In this document: positions 7,092 to 15,860 of the stretch, piece by piece
Layout of the letters: the number at the start of each line of letters is the position of its first letter
Position numbering within the stretch: the first letter of the stretch is position 1
Virus record (IMG/VR): IMGVR_UViG_3300044971_003869
DNA: 22,166 nt
From: a virus
Reading direction: 5' to 3' (one strand)
The notes under the pieces: generated by a model
Database searches by the model: none
What the model saw: only the letters and a program-made list of their open reading frames with translations
What the model was told of the DNA's origin: nothing
Translations under genes and position numbers: made by a program

Positions 7092-8192
7092 TCAAACTTG
7101 ACACAAGTCTAATATGTCTTTGTAGTTACCAAAGACCTCAACAAATATTGAGTACATACCATATGCTTCTGGATTTTTGTTTTTAAGAGCTATTTTTACT
7201 GCTTCTATTTGAGATCCATCAAATGAATTAAAATCTAATCCAAGACCGTCAAGTATTATTGACTGTTGGGTTTGTAGTTTTTCTATTTCTTTTTGTAAAA
7301 TATAATTTTTATCCTCTTCAGAAAGATTGATATTAAATATATTAATTAAATTAGACAATGAAAGATGAGCTACTCTTTTTAGCACTTCGGTATTCATTAA
7401 TTGAGTTAATGAGCCAAACGAATCTGTGCCTACCTTAGCATCTGGATCACCGGACAAATATTTAAAAACTTGCATGTCTGGTTGAGTAGATCTAATCTCA
7501 TTTTTAAATTCTTCAGAAAATTTTAATGTATTAATAAAGTTTTTTGCTCTAGAAGAAATTGTCTCATTGTTATTCCATGGCTCTTCTGTAACGTCTGACC
7601 ATTCAATAATCTGCTTTAAGTTTCCTTGGAGTGTTTTAGATGTTCTTGGAAATGGGTCTTCATTTAAATAATAATTTTCATCTACGTTTGCATGAATGTA
7701 TATTAGATGAGCAACGGAATTAATAGAAAATATTGGTTCATAAACATATAGATCTTCAAGATTATCAATCAAAGGAACTGGATCTGCATCATCTTTCATA
7801 AAAGTCTCAGGCCCATACTTATCGTAGTGACATCTCCATGCATTCCATACTGGAATTGAATCATGGAATAAGAATCCACCAACAGAATCATTTGGATCAT
7901 TGTCATAATATCTTTTAATTCTTTCAAATATTTGAAGATTAATTATTTCCTCTTCAATACCATCAGAAGCTACAAGATTATTTAAAGCAAAAATGCTTAA
8001 GCTATGGTTGAAGCAAATAAGTATATTGTTGTCCGGAAGTCTAAGAGCTTTAATGTTATCTTCATAAACTTTATTCTCTTCTATTTTTTTAAGAAATATT
8101 GTTATTTCTTCAGAGGTTTTTCCAATATGCTGTAGCACAAAGAAAGTTGAGTATTCATCAATAACTTCTTTATTAAAATTTTCTATAATCAT
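7092..8192 (-). CDS. hypothetical protein in the tail-fibre region, 366 aa
   Basis: Long ORF with AAGGAG RBS before the ATG at 8192. Confidence 0.65.
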   Translation of the reverse strand: MIIENFNKEVIDEYSTFFVLQHIGKTSEEITIFLKKIEENKVYEDNIKALRLPDNNILICFNHSLSIFALNNLVASDGIEEEIINLQIFERIKRYYDNDPNDSVGGFLFHDSIPVWNAWRCHYDKYGPETFMKDDADPVPLIDNLEDLYVYEPIFSINSVAHLIYIHANVDENYYLNEDPFPRTSKTLQGNLKQIIEWSDVTEEPWNNNETISSRAKNFINTLKFSEEFKNEIRSTQPDMQVFKYLSGDPDAKVGTDSFGSLTQLMNTEVLKRVAHLSLSNLINIFNINLSEEDKNYILQKEIEKLQTQQSIILDGLGLDFNSFDGSQIEAVKIALKNKNPEAYGMYSIFVEVFGNYKDILDLCQV

Positions 8193-8200
8193 AATTCTCC

Positions 8201-9575
8201 TTATGGACCATAATACTTAAATATTATAGCACCGCTATTTCCATTAGCGCCACCAGGAAATAGTAATGAATTAGGGTCTCCACCATTTCCTCCTTTACCG
8301 TGCATGTCTGATGCATGCGAAGTTCCTTGTCCACTAGATCCTGATCCGGAACCGCCGCCTCCACCAGTTAAGCCATTAGTGGTTGTTGATGCTCCAGCGT
8401 TTCCGCCAACGTAAGTTCCTCCAGTGCCAGTATGACTAGCGCCTGCTCCAGCTGTTCCAGCTCCACCACCACCAGCATATATTGCAGATTTACCACTTAA
8501 ATCATATCTACCCTGTCCTCCAGCGTTTCCATTAGCTGAACCACCATCATTATCTCTTGTACCAGTAGATGGGGAAGATGAAATTGCACCTTCGCCTCCT
8601 ACAGCAGAAATTGTTGTATTAGTTCCGGTTATAGAAGTTGTTCCTCCAGTGCCACCTCTGGTTACAGGACTAGAATCAAGAGTAAACCCTGCTGCACCTC
8701 CGCCTCCTATTGTCCAACTTACGATCCTTGATCCGTCTGTTACTAAAGCACTTGCATGCGAGTTAAGAGTTCCACCACCGCCACCTCCAGCCCAGCCTGC
8801 ACCGCCTCCGCCACCAACTACAGCAATTTGGTAAATATAAACTGGTTGGGCAGATCCTCCAGTTGGGGTGACTGTGTCTATAGTGCGTGAACCATTTGTG
8901 TTGCTTGGCCCCTGTGTTTTTAGTGTCCAAGGAGTAAATGATGTTGAAGAAGAATAAACTGTACCTGCTGCATTAACTGCTTTAGCTCTTACATAATATG
9001 GTTGACCGTCTGATAAGAATCCAGTTGCATTAAAATATGCTGAAGCGCTGTTTGTTGTTACTGGAGAGCCGACTGCAGTCCCTGCTTTAGAGGTAGTCGC
9101 ATCCCATGAGGAGTTATCTCTACTCCATTCAAATGTGACAGTAGTGCTTGCTCCACCCCAAGAAACAGTTGCATTATAAGTTGCGAGTTCTTGGTTGTAA
9201 TTTGTAACGGAATTAATTGTAACTGTTGCAGTTGTTCTCGGTGTAGTATTCGTTGACAATGTTGCAGATGCGGCACCGCCGCCAAGAGTATTGACAGCTC
9301 TTAGCTGAACGTTGTATGCGGTTCCATTTGTTAATCCAGGAATTGTAATAGGACTAGTTGAATCTGCTGGACTTAATGCCGTCCATGTAGAGCCACTATT
9401 TAAGGAATATTCATAATTAGTTATTTCTAGTCCACCGATTAAATGCAGGTGCAGTAAAAGAAATTACCAACTGACCATTTCCTGGAGTAGAAGACAAAGA
9501 TGTTGGAGCGTCGGGAGTAGTTCCACCACCAAAATATCCTCTAGCTGCTTGTCCTCTTCCTGCTAAAAATGGCAT
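8201..9575 (-). pseudogene. glycine-rich tail fibre/adhesin with Fn3 domains, interrupted by a 1-nt frameshift at about 9437
   Basis: Minus strand from ATG 9575: MPFLAGRGQAARGYFGGGTTPDAPTSLSSTPGNGQLVISFTAPAFN, then a shift to frame GGLEITNYEYSLNSGSTWTALSPADST... leading into the 8201..9259 ORF; Gly-rich C-terminus ends SGAIIFKYYGP. Confidence 0.8.
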
Positions 9576-9582
9576 AAGTTAC

Positions 9583-12249
9583 CTACGCAAACTTAGATTG
9601 ACTTGCATAAACCGTATAGGTTGCTGATCCGGTTTTAATAATTGTAATAGTATAAACATCTGTTGCACTAGCGTTTCCAGACGGAGTAGAGCCGCCAAAC
9701 CATTTGATTGTTTGGGATGTTCCATCTATATTAATTCCGCTTAAAGATCTTGCTGTTGTATTGGCTATAAATAAAACGGTTGTTATAGATTGATTTGTGG
9801 ACATTAGTGAATTCAAAGATGTTGAACTATTGCCTCTAAAATTAAATGTAAAATCACCAGTAGATGTATATGTATAGATAGCAGAAGTTAAAAGATCTAT
9901 ATTAGTTGTACCTGTTAAGTTGCCGCCTGCGGTTGTTTTTTCTAAAGACTGCTGAAGTGAAGTTGTTCCAGTTAAACTTATGCCAGCAAATGTTGGAGAA
10001 TCACTAGTGGCAACAGCTTGACCTATGGCAACCTGGGCAGAAGATCCTTCTCCTGGAGTGTGCGTAACACTAACTCCTGTTCCAGCGGTTACATCGGATA
10101 AATAATTGCCAACCGTATCAGTGCCAAGATTGATTGGATCATTTACCCAAGCAGAACCATCCCATTTTAAGTAGTCTCCAGATGATGGAGATGGAACAGT
10201 TGTGTCACTTAATTCATCTAAACTAATTGCGTCATTAACCCAAGCCGTACCATTCCATTTAAGGTAATCCCCAGAAGATGGGCTCGGCGCAGTAACATCT
10301 CCAATATTATCTAACCCTGCAACTGTTGCACTAAATGTTTTATTAATCCATTTAGATGTAGCTACATCCCAGGCTAATACTTGATCAGAAGATGGTGCTG
10401 GTGCAACGACATCTGTTAAGTCATCAACAGCAGCAACGACCGTTGCTACACCTGGTATATATTTATTTAAAGATGAACTATACTTAAGAACATTTGTGTC
10501 TGCTGGACTTGTTGTGTCTATTTCTATACCGCCAACTGTAATCTTAGGTATAGTTGCCATCCCAGTAAATGTAGGCGTTGCACTGTTAGCTTTTAGGTCT
10601 AATGCAGCAAGAGGTGCGTAAGCAACAGAATCAAGTGATCCATCTCCCTTTACGAATTGACCAGAGGTTCCACCCTGAGTTATGAACTTCTCTGCGTTTA
10701 TGTACTGGAAGTAGTCAATAGAATTAGCGGTACCGCCAGTTCCTGATGTAGCAGCCAAAGTTGAGGAAAGCTTGTCATAAACACAGTTAAGGATTGAATA
10801 AAAACCGTTTAGTACAACTGGTGCAACATTATTAAGTGCTGAAGTTAAAAATTGACAGTTGGCTAAAGTTATAACGCTTGAGGCTGCGGATGTGACGGCA
10901 TTAGTCACAGCAGCGGGAATAATCGAATCCACAAGAGATAAAGTTCCAGCAGTTAACACTGGAGCAACAGCGACAGCACTCTTAACAATTACATTGGCAC
11001 TAGCATTATTGACTGTTACAAAGTTAGGGTTACCTCCAAAAATTGCAAACAAACCTGCACCAGTAATACTCACAGCGCCAAAATCACACAAACGAGCAAC
11101 CGTGTAATCGGCGTTACTGCTCTTTGTAAAAGTGCCAGAAACCTCGCAGTTGAGTATGTTTACATTTCCCTGAGCAGTGGGCGTACTGACCGTCAGGTTT
11201 GTCATTTTTATGCCCGAGATAGTGCAACCAGTGTTTGTACTTACCGTCCCTGAAATAACTATGTTTCCACCAATAAGACCGGGTCCAGTCAAGGTCGTAT
11301 ATTGAGTGGTTATTGACGGGCTTTCCGTGTATGTACCTGGATGAATGATAACTGTTTTGCGTTGTGAAGTCACTAAAGTAAGGGCTTTAGTAATAGATGC
11401 AACAGGGGTTAGTAAATCACCATTACCAGTAGTGTCATTTCCATCTACTTGGCTAACATGGATTTCATAGTCGTAACCAGTAAAGGTTGGTTGCTTGGAG
11501 TCTAACTGTGCTTGAACCCCCGAAGTAACCCCATCAAGATATCCAATTTCAGTATCTGAAACATTTCCAATAGAGGTTGTTGAAGGAAGAGTGGTCGTTC
11601 CGGTAAATGTTGGACCAGAAGTTGGGGCTTTAGAATTAATTTGTGTCTGTATTGCTGAAGTAACTCCATTTAAATATCCAATTTCAGTATCGGATATATC
11701 TGCTACACGAGTTTGAACTATTGAAGTATCGATTGAGATGTTAGGTGTTGCACCTTCCCCAGAGTTATTGGATATAGTTACGCCAGTTCCAGCTACTAAA
11801 TTCTTAGTATAGTCACCGATAGTATGTAGGCCAAGGGTTACAGAATTTTCTATGATAGAACTTAAATCTAGATAAGTACTTCCATCATTTGTGAACTGCC
11901 ATTTATCTGTCGACTCATTCCATCTAATGGATACGTTTGTAGAAGTACCTCTCTCAACTTCAAGTCCAGCATTCTCTGTTGGGACACCTGTAACATTGCT
12001 ATTTAATATTAAAATATTATCAGCAACTGTTACCGTTTCAACATTAACTGAAACTGTTGTACCAGATACTGTTAAATTACCTGTGATAGTTACGTCATCG
12101 TCAGTGCTTACGGCTGACATATCGTCTCTCAACCAGGACCAAGTAGTGGCGACTAAATTTTCATTATCGTCTTTGTAATAAACTATTCCATTAATTGGAT
12201 CGAGGGCTATCTGCCCTTTGTTAATACTAGGAGGGACGGGTAAAGACAT
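9583..12249 (-). CDS. large tail-fibre/host-recognition protein, 888 aa, with beta-helix-like central region
   Basis: TITGNLTVSGTTV, SDTEIGYL(N/D)GVTSxxQxQxxSK repeats, IHPGTYTESPSITTQYTTLTGPG segment; AAGGA RBS before ATG. Confidence 0.82.
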   Translation of the reverse strand: MSLPVPPSINKGQIALDPINGIVYYKDDNENLVATTWSWLRDDMSAVSTDDDVTITGNLTVSGTTVSVNVETVTVADNILILNSNVTGVPTENAGLEVERGTSTNVSIRWNESTDKWQFTNDGSTYLDLSSIIENSVTLGLHTIGDYTKNLVAGTGVTISNNSGEGATPNISIDTSIVQTRVADISDTEIGYLNGVTSAIQTQINSKAPTSGPTFTGTTTLPSTTSIGNVSDTEIGYLDGVTSGVQAQLDSKQPTFTGYDYEIHVSQVDGNDTTGNGDLLTPVASITKALTLVTSQRKTVIIHPGTYTESPSITTQYTTLTGPGLIGGNIVISGTVSTNTGCTISGIKMTNLTVSTPTAQGNVNILNCEVSGTFTKSSNADYTVARLCDFGAVSITGAGLFAIFGGNPNFVTVNNASANVIVKSAVAVAPVLTAGTLSLVDSIIPAAVTNAVTSAASSVITLANCQFLTSALNNVAPVVLNGFYSILNCVYDKLSSTLAATSGTGGTANSIDYFQYINAEKFITQGGTSGQFVKGDGSLDSVAYAPLAALDLKANSATPTFTGMATIPKITVGGIEIDTTSPADTNVLKYSSSLNKYIPGVATVVAAVDDLTDVVAPAPSSDQVLAWDVATSKWINKTFSATVAGLDNIGDVTAPSPSSGDYLKWNGTAWVNDAISLDELSDTTVPSPSSGDYLKWDGSAWVNDPINLGTDTVGNYLSDVTAGTGVSVTHTPGEGSSAQVAIGQAVATSDSPTFAGISLTGTTSLQQSLEKTTAGGNLTGTTNIDLLTSAIYTYTSTGDFTFNFRGNSSTSLNSLMSTNQSITTVLFIANTTARSLSGINIDGTSQTIKWFGGSTPSGNASATDVYTITIIKTGSATYTVYASQSKFA
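10141..10425 (-). repeat. three tandem coding repeats of about 32-35 aa (D-x-V-xx-P-x-PSSGDYLKWNGTAWVND)
   Basis: VVAPAPSSDQVLAWDVATSKWIN / VTAPSPSSGDYLKWNGTAWVND / TTVPSPSSGDYLKWDGSAWVND. Confidence 0.75.
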
Positions 12250-12258
12250 TTAAAATCC

Positions 12259-12504
12259 TTATTCTGTTTTAGCTTTTTTATCAACCTTATTAAAAACTTG
12301 ATTAATTTCAGCTACAGAAAGTTTTCCATCATCTAAAAATGCTCTAGAAAGACCTTCTATTACAGTAGCCACACCAGCCATTCCTGCCATAAAGCAAGCT
12401 TTCCATAAAGGAACACCTGCTATAGCTCCAGCACCAATGACGCTAAGCCCTGATGCTGCAAATGTGGCTACTATTCTTAAAATTATATTGTTTAAAGTTT
12501 TCAA
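12259..12504 (-). CDS. small holin-like membrane protein, 81 aa, TTG start
   Basis: AGGAGGGTAAGTTG start context; hydrophobic segment RIVATFAASGLSVIGAGAIAGVPLWKACFMAGMAGVATVIEGL. Confidence 0.6.
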   Translation of the reverse strand: MKTLNNIILRIVATFAASGLSVIGAGAIAGVPLWKACFMAGMAGVATVIEGLSRAFLDDGKLSVAEINQVFNKVDKKAKTE

Positions 12505-12515
12505 CTTACCCTCCT

Positions 12516-12521
12516 ATAGTA
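12516..12521 (-). promoter_or_regulatory. TTACTATA element immediately before the RBS of 12259..12504
   Basis: Minus strand CATTACTATAGGAGGG. Confidence 0.35.
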
Positions 12522-12534
12522 ATGATTAATTCTA

Positions 12535-12732
12535 TTAATCCTCATCGTTCTTGATCATTGCGTGAATATAATGCACTGCAAATGCACAACCTGTAGCTAT
12601 GATGGTGATTTTTCTAGTTTCTCCAGAGAGGGTTGCGAACACTACGACGCTACTTGAAATCGTAAAAGCCAGTGCTGAAGTCTCTCTTGAGAATTTCTTG
12701 ATAAAGCCCCAAGGACTAAATCTTCTTTTCAT
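12535..12732 (-). CDS. predicted 65-aa two-TM holin-like peptide from an in-frame internal start inside the 807-aa ORF
   Basis: Minus strand GAGGAGGAAACAATG: strong SD with 5-nt spacing before ATG 12732; MKRRFSPWGFIKKFSRETSALAFTISSSVVVFATLSGETRKITIIATGCAFAVHYIHAMIKNDED. Confidence 0.55.
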   Translation of the reverse strand: MKRRFSPWGFIKKFSRETSALAFTISSSVVVFATLSGETRKITIIATGCAFAVHYIHAMIKNDED

Positions 12733-14958
12733 TGTTTCCTCCTCGTATTTAAATATACTGTTTCTTGTGAAGTTATTATCTTCTTGATCTTCTGGACCCT
12801 CTATCTCAGCGTCCTCTTCTTCGCCGTCTGGATTCTCATTTTCCTTGCGACCATTCCTATTGCCTCCGTCTCCAGGTCCTCCTCCAGAACCGCCACCAGA
12901 GCCTCCAGAACCACCATCAGAGCCTCGAGAACTGCCACCAGAACCACCAGAGCCCCCTCCAGAACCTCCTGAGCCTCCTCCAGATCCAACTGCACCAGCA
13001 GTTGCAGCTGTAAGGACTGCAGTGGCAGCTAGTAGAGTTCTACGAGACTGTACGTCTACATTGGATCCCACTGGCACGTAGTCGTCAAGACCCTCTCCAT
13101 AAACGTCAATAGTTTCCTCAAAGGCATTCTTTACTTCTTCTGGGGCATTCGTCACTGCTTCAACAAGAGCTGCTTCTTCTTCAGTTGAAAGTTCGCCCAC
13201 AGGAATTTCAGCAAAGATTTCCGACGCCTGGTCACCATCAATGCTCTCTAAGACCTTTTCACTAGTGGCAAGTTCTGTAGCCTGATCTTCAGTAACACCA
13301 TTTTCTAAGATATTATCAACAGCATCAGCAACCTGATCTTCACTAATATTGTCTGATTCCAATATGTCTACGACTTCAGCAAACTGCTCATCGCTAAGGG
13401 GAGAGTCCAAAACTGCATCGATTACCTCAGCAAATTTTTCGTCGGACAATGGCTCAGCAAACACTGCACCCAAAGCTGCACTTAGTTCTGCAGTTGAAAG
13501 ATCATCGGCAAACACGGAGTCAACAACAGCAGCAAACTCTTCACTGTTCATAGGTCCATCAAAAAGAGATGTAACTAGTGCTGCGATTTCTTCTGGCGAG
13601 TCGGCATTACCTATAGCGTCTGTTACTGCTGCACCAAGTTCATCTGCGTTGTCTGTATTTTTAAAGATATCAGTAACTGTTTCATCAGCTGTATTTTGCG
13701 TCTCTTCTGGAATGCTTACTTCTGGAATTGTTTCATTTGGTAAATCTTCTGGCTCTGGAATTGCTACTGGAGTTGTATCTATTTCTGGAGTAGAAACTGG
13801 GGTTGGATCTAGTTCTGGAATTGAAACAGTAGTATTTTCTGTTGGAATAGTTTCGACAGGAGGGGGGACAACCGCTGGTTCGGTAGTTGTTGTCGTGCCT
13901 GTTGTTACTTCTGGAACTGTTGTGGTCGTTGTAGTTGTGCTGGTTGTAGTCGTTGTGGTTGTAGTGGTTGTTGTCGGTGGTGGTTCTGTTGTCGTGGTTG
14001 TGGTCGAAGGAGGTGGCTCTGTTGTTGTAGTCGGAGGAAGAGTTGGGGCTGTCTCGTTATTGGGCTCAACGCCACCAAATGTTTCACATGAGCCACCAGC
14101 CTGATTGCACGAGAGTGTTGTGCCAAGTTCACTGTCAATCATTAAGACTGGTGAAAGTGCAGTATCATCGAGGTTGAATACTGTGAAGCCAAGCTTATAA
14201 GTTCCGGTAACTGAGACTTCGTATGTTGACATTTGCCAACCAGTTGAGCCGTACGAGTTAGTTGAGTAGTCGCCAGTTCCCGGGTTAGAAAAACCAAGAA
14301 GAGCATAAGACTCCTCAAAGTTATTAACCGTAATCACTGGAGTCGATGCAACGGTGACAGGAACAAGCGAAGTTATAGATCCGTCATTGAATGGCACATA
14401 GTCAGTTGCCATATAGTTCCAAGCCATTGTATAAGTAATGCCAGCAGTGAGCTCCACTTCACGGGTAATCCATGCAGCATCAGTGGGGTTTCCTCCTCCA
14501 AATCCTGATGCCTGTGCCTGTGATGATAACATGCTTGTTATCTGTGATGTTTGGTTTCCAGAAAGTCCAAGTGCTACAGCAGCTTGAGTAAATGTTTGTT
14601 CACCCTTTGGTTGAAGCAGTGCTGCATATGTTGCGTTTTTTGGTGAAAAATTCCAAGTGCCTGCAGTGACCGCTGGTGCATAATACGGACTTGAAGGATT
14701 ACCCATCGCACTGCGTGCGCCGTGACTAAATAATCTAGAACCACTAAAGACAGTTACGCCAGTTCCGTTACCGTTGATTGACGGACCGAGTGTTCCAGTC
14801 TGTGAGCCTCTAGACCAACCAGTTAGTGTGCCATCTTCAAAGCCAGCATTGGGCATGGACACAGGAGTGCTGGTAGCCCTTGCCGCTATTGGGAAAACCC
14901 AAGCCATTAGAAATAGCAATACAAGGATCCAAGATCCATTACGTGGTTTTAATTTCAT
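12535..14958 (-). CDS. secreted mosaic surface protein, 807 aa: signal peptide, lectin/CBM-like N-terminus, Thr/Pro-rich stalk, helical repeats, Gly-rich linker, C-terminal membrane segments
   Basis: MKLKPRNGSWILVLLFLMAWVFPIAARATS signal; NAGFEDGTLTGWSRG; Thr/Pro tract; FAEVIDAVLDSPLSDEQFAEVVD repeats; GSGGGSGG linker; GGAGGGG RBS. Confidence 0.75.
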   Translation of the reverse strand: MKLKPRNGSWILVLLFLMAWVFPIAARATSTPVSMPNAGFEDGTLTGWSRGSQTGTLGPSINGNGTGVTVFSGSRLFSHGARSAMGNPSSPYYAPAVTAGTWNFSPKNATYAALLQPKGEQTFTQAAVALGLSGNQTSQITSMLSSQAQASGFGGGNPTDAAWITREVELTAGITYTMAWNYMATDYVPFNDGSITSLVPVTVASTPVITVNNFEESYALLGFSNPGTGDYSTNSYGSTGWQMSTYEVSVTGTYKLGFTVFNLDDTALSPVLMIDSELGTTLSCNQAGGSCETFGGVEPNNETAPTLPPTTTTEPPPSTTTTTTEPPPTTTTTTTTTTTSTTTTTTTVPEVTTGTTTTTEPAVVPPPVETIPTENTTVSIPELDPTPVSTPEIDTTPVAIPEPEDLPNETIPEVSIPEETQNTADETVTDIFKNTDNADELGAAVTDAIGNADSPEEIAALVTSLFDGPMNSEEFAAVVDSVFADDLSTAELSAALGAVFAEPLSDEKFAEVIDAVLDSPLSDEQFAEVVDILESDNISEDQVADAVDNILENGVTEDQATELATSEKVLESIDGDQASEIFAEIPVGELSTEEEAALVEAVTNAPEEVKNAFEETIDVYGEGLDDYVPVGSNVDVQSRRTLLAATAVLTAATAGAVGSGGGSGGSGGGSGGSGGSSRGSDGGSGGSGGGSGGGPGDGGNRNGRKENENPDGEEEDAEIEGPEDQEDNNFTRNSIFKYEEETMKRRFSPWGFIKKFSRETSALAFTISSSVVVFATLSGETRKITIIATGCAFAVHYIHAMIKNDED
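13870..14040 (-). repeat. low-complexity Thr/Pro stalk coding repeats
   Basis: TTTTEPPPSTTTTTTEPPPTTTTTTTTTTTSTTTTTTTVPEVTTGTTTTTEP. Confidence 0.85.
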
Positions 14959-14982
14959 TACCCCTCCAGGTAGTCATACCTT

Positions 14983-14988
14983 ATAGTA
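14983..14988 (-). promoter_or_regulatory. TTACTATA element / putative -10 for the 807-aa gene
   Basis: Minus strand CATTACTATAAGG; predicted TSS 18 nt upstream of the ATG, same geometry as the 945..1886 gene. Confidence 0.5.
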
Positions 14989-15019
14989 ATGAAGCTAAGT
15001 TAAATGTGCGGCGGCCAAA

Positions 15020-15051
15020 TAGAAAAGACCCCAGCTGTTAAGCCAGGGTCT
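15020..15051 (-). terminator. Rho-independent terminator
   Basis: Minus strand AGACCCTGGC-TTAACA-GCTGGGGTCT-TTTCT: 10-bp stem including two G-T pairs, 6-nt loop, T-tract. Confidence 0.8.
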
Positions 15052-15075
15052 AATCATGTGCCTCCGTTGCAAGGA

Positions 15076-15103
15076 CTTATATTATAACATATGATTTAGT
15101 CAA
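15076..15103 (-). promoter_or_regulatory. putative promoter TTGACT-16-TATAAG (overlapping TATAAT)
   Basis: Minus strand TTGACTAAATCATATGTTATAATATAAG. Confidence 0.5.
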
Positions 15104-15215
15104 TTTCTACGTCTGGATCAGTTTTTTTTAGGCCATCTACAATAACGGCGATTAACGCTACCGGCATTGCAAACATACCCGCAATTATAATTGCAATAAT
15201 TATTCCTTTAATCAT
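15096..15215 (-). CDS. 39-aa single-TM small protein (not in supplied ORF track)
   Basis: MIKGIIIAIIIAGMFAMPVALIAVIVDGLKKTDPDVEID*; AAGGA RBS upstream; sits 18 nt after the stop of 15234..15857. Confidence 0.65.
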   Translation of the reverse strand: MIKGIIIAIIIAGMFAMPVALIAVIVDGLKKTDPDVEID

Positions 15216-15233
15216 TACGAAAATCCTTAATTA

Positions 15234-15857
15234 TTAAGAAAATATAGTAGGAATACTTATTAACACAATGATTCCAAGCAGCCAAAGTACAATTGAAAAA
15301 ATTACCAAGTAAGCAACAAGGTTTTTAATCTTCATGACTGCGGTTATACCCAGAAGAAACAAAGAAACAGCAAACAAACCTGTTAGCATTTGGAGTCGGT
15401 TACTTTTTTCACCATCAGTATTAGACAAATCAGTCCAGTACTTGCTGCTTTCAAACTGTTTGACATACGGCTCGTATAGCTCATCCATATAAGGTTTACA
15501 GTTTGGCAGTTGTCCTTTTGGATCTTTAAAAAAGCACGGCATTGCAAATGTGTATAACTCATAAGAGCCATTAGACGTTTTTATGTCACTGTAAATGTCG
15601 TCAAGACTAACGCCGTCTACAACTACACGGATTTGCTTGTCCTTCCATACGGTCAAATCATCTCTATATTTAACCTCTGATGTAATCCACATTCTGTCGG
15701 CCTCTGATAAACTTAACTGATACTCAGAGTTTGCGTCTCCAGACCTACCTCCGTATAGAGAAGACTGGATAGCTGTCCAAGCTGTAGTGGTTGACACCAA
15801 GCCGAGCATGATGACAATTAGTAGCTCGCTTGAAAACTTTTCTATTACCCTACGCAT
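15234..15857 (-). CDS. membrane protein in the lysis region, 207 aa
   Basis: N-terminal TM (LLIVIMLGLVSTTTAWTAI) and C-terminal hydrophobic hairpin (LQMLTGLFAVSLFLLGITAVMKI...LVAYLVIFSIVLWLLGIIVLI). Confidence 0.65.
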   Translation of the reverse strand: MRRVIEKFSSELLIVIMLGLVSTTTAWTAIQSSLYGGRSGDANSEYQLSLSEADRMWITSEVKYRDDLTVWKDKQIRVVVDGVSLDDIYSDIKTSNGSYELYTFAMPCFFKDPKGQLPNCKPYMDELYEPYVKQFESSKYWTDLSNTDGEKSNRLQMLTGLFAVSLFLLGITAVMKIKNLVAYLVIFSIVLWLLGIIVLISIPTIFS

Positions 15858-15860
15858 TTA

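Noticed and set aside
8649-8834. + strand Pro-rich ORF (PPPPPPPAQPAPPPPP)
   Set aside because: Antisense of the Gly-rich domain of the fibre gene.
9058-9285. 75-aa minus ORF in an alternate frame of the fibre gene
   Set aside because: Considered as a product of the frameshift, but the Fn3-like sequence continues cleanly in the 8201..9259 frame instead.
12784-13081. + strand Arg/Thr-rich and PEPPEPP ORFs (12784..12972, 12845..13081) and the minus-strand alternate frame 12801..12995
   Set aside because: Alternate frames of the low-complexity Gly/Ser linker; composition is fully explained by the 807-aa coding frame.
13349-14104. 251-aa + strand Ser/Val/Gly-rich ORF
   Set aside because: Antisense shadow of the repetitive Thr/Pro and acidic-repeat coding sequence of the 807-aa minus ORF; poly-Val arises from the reverse of Thr codons; no RBS.
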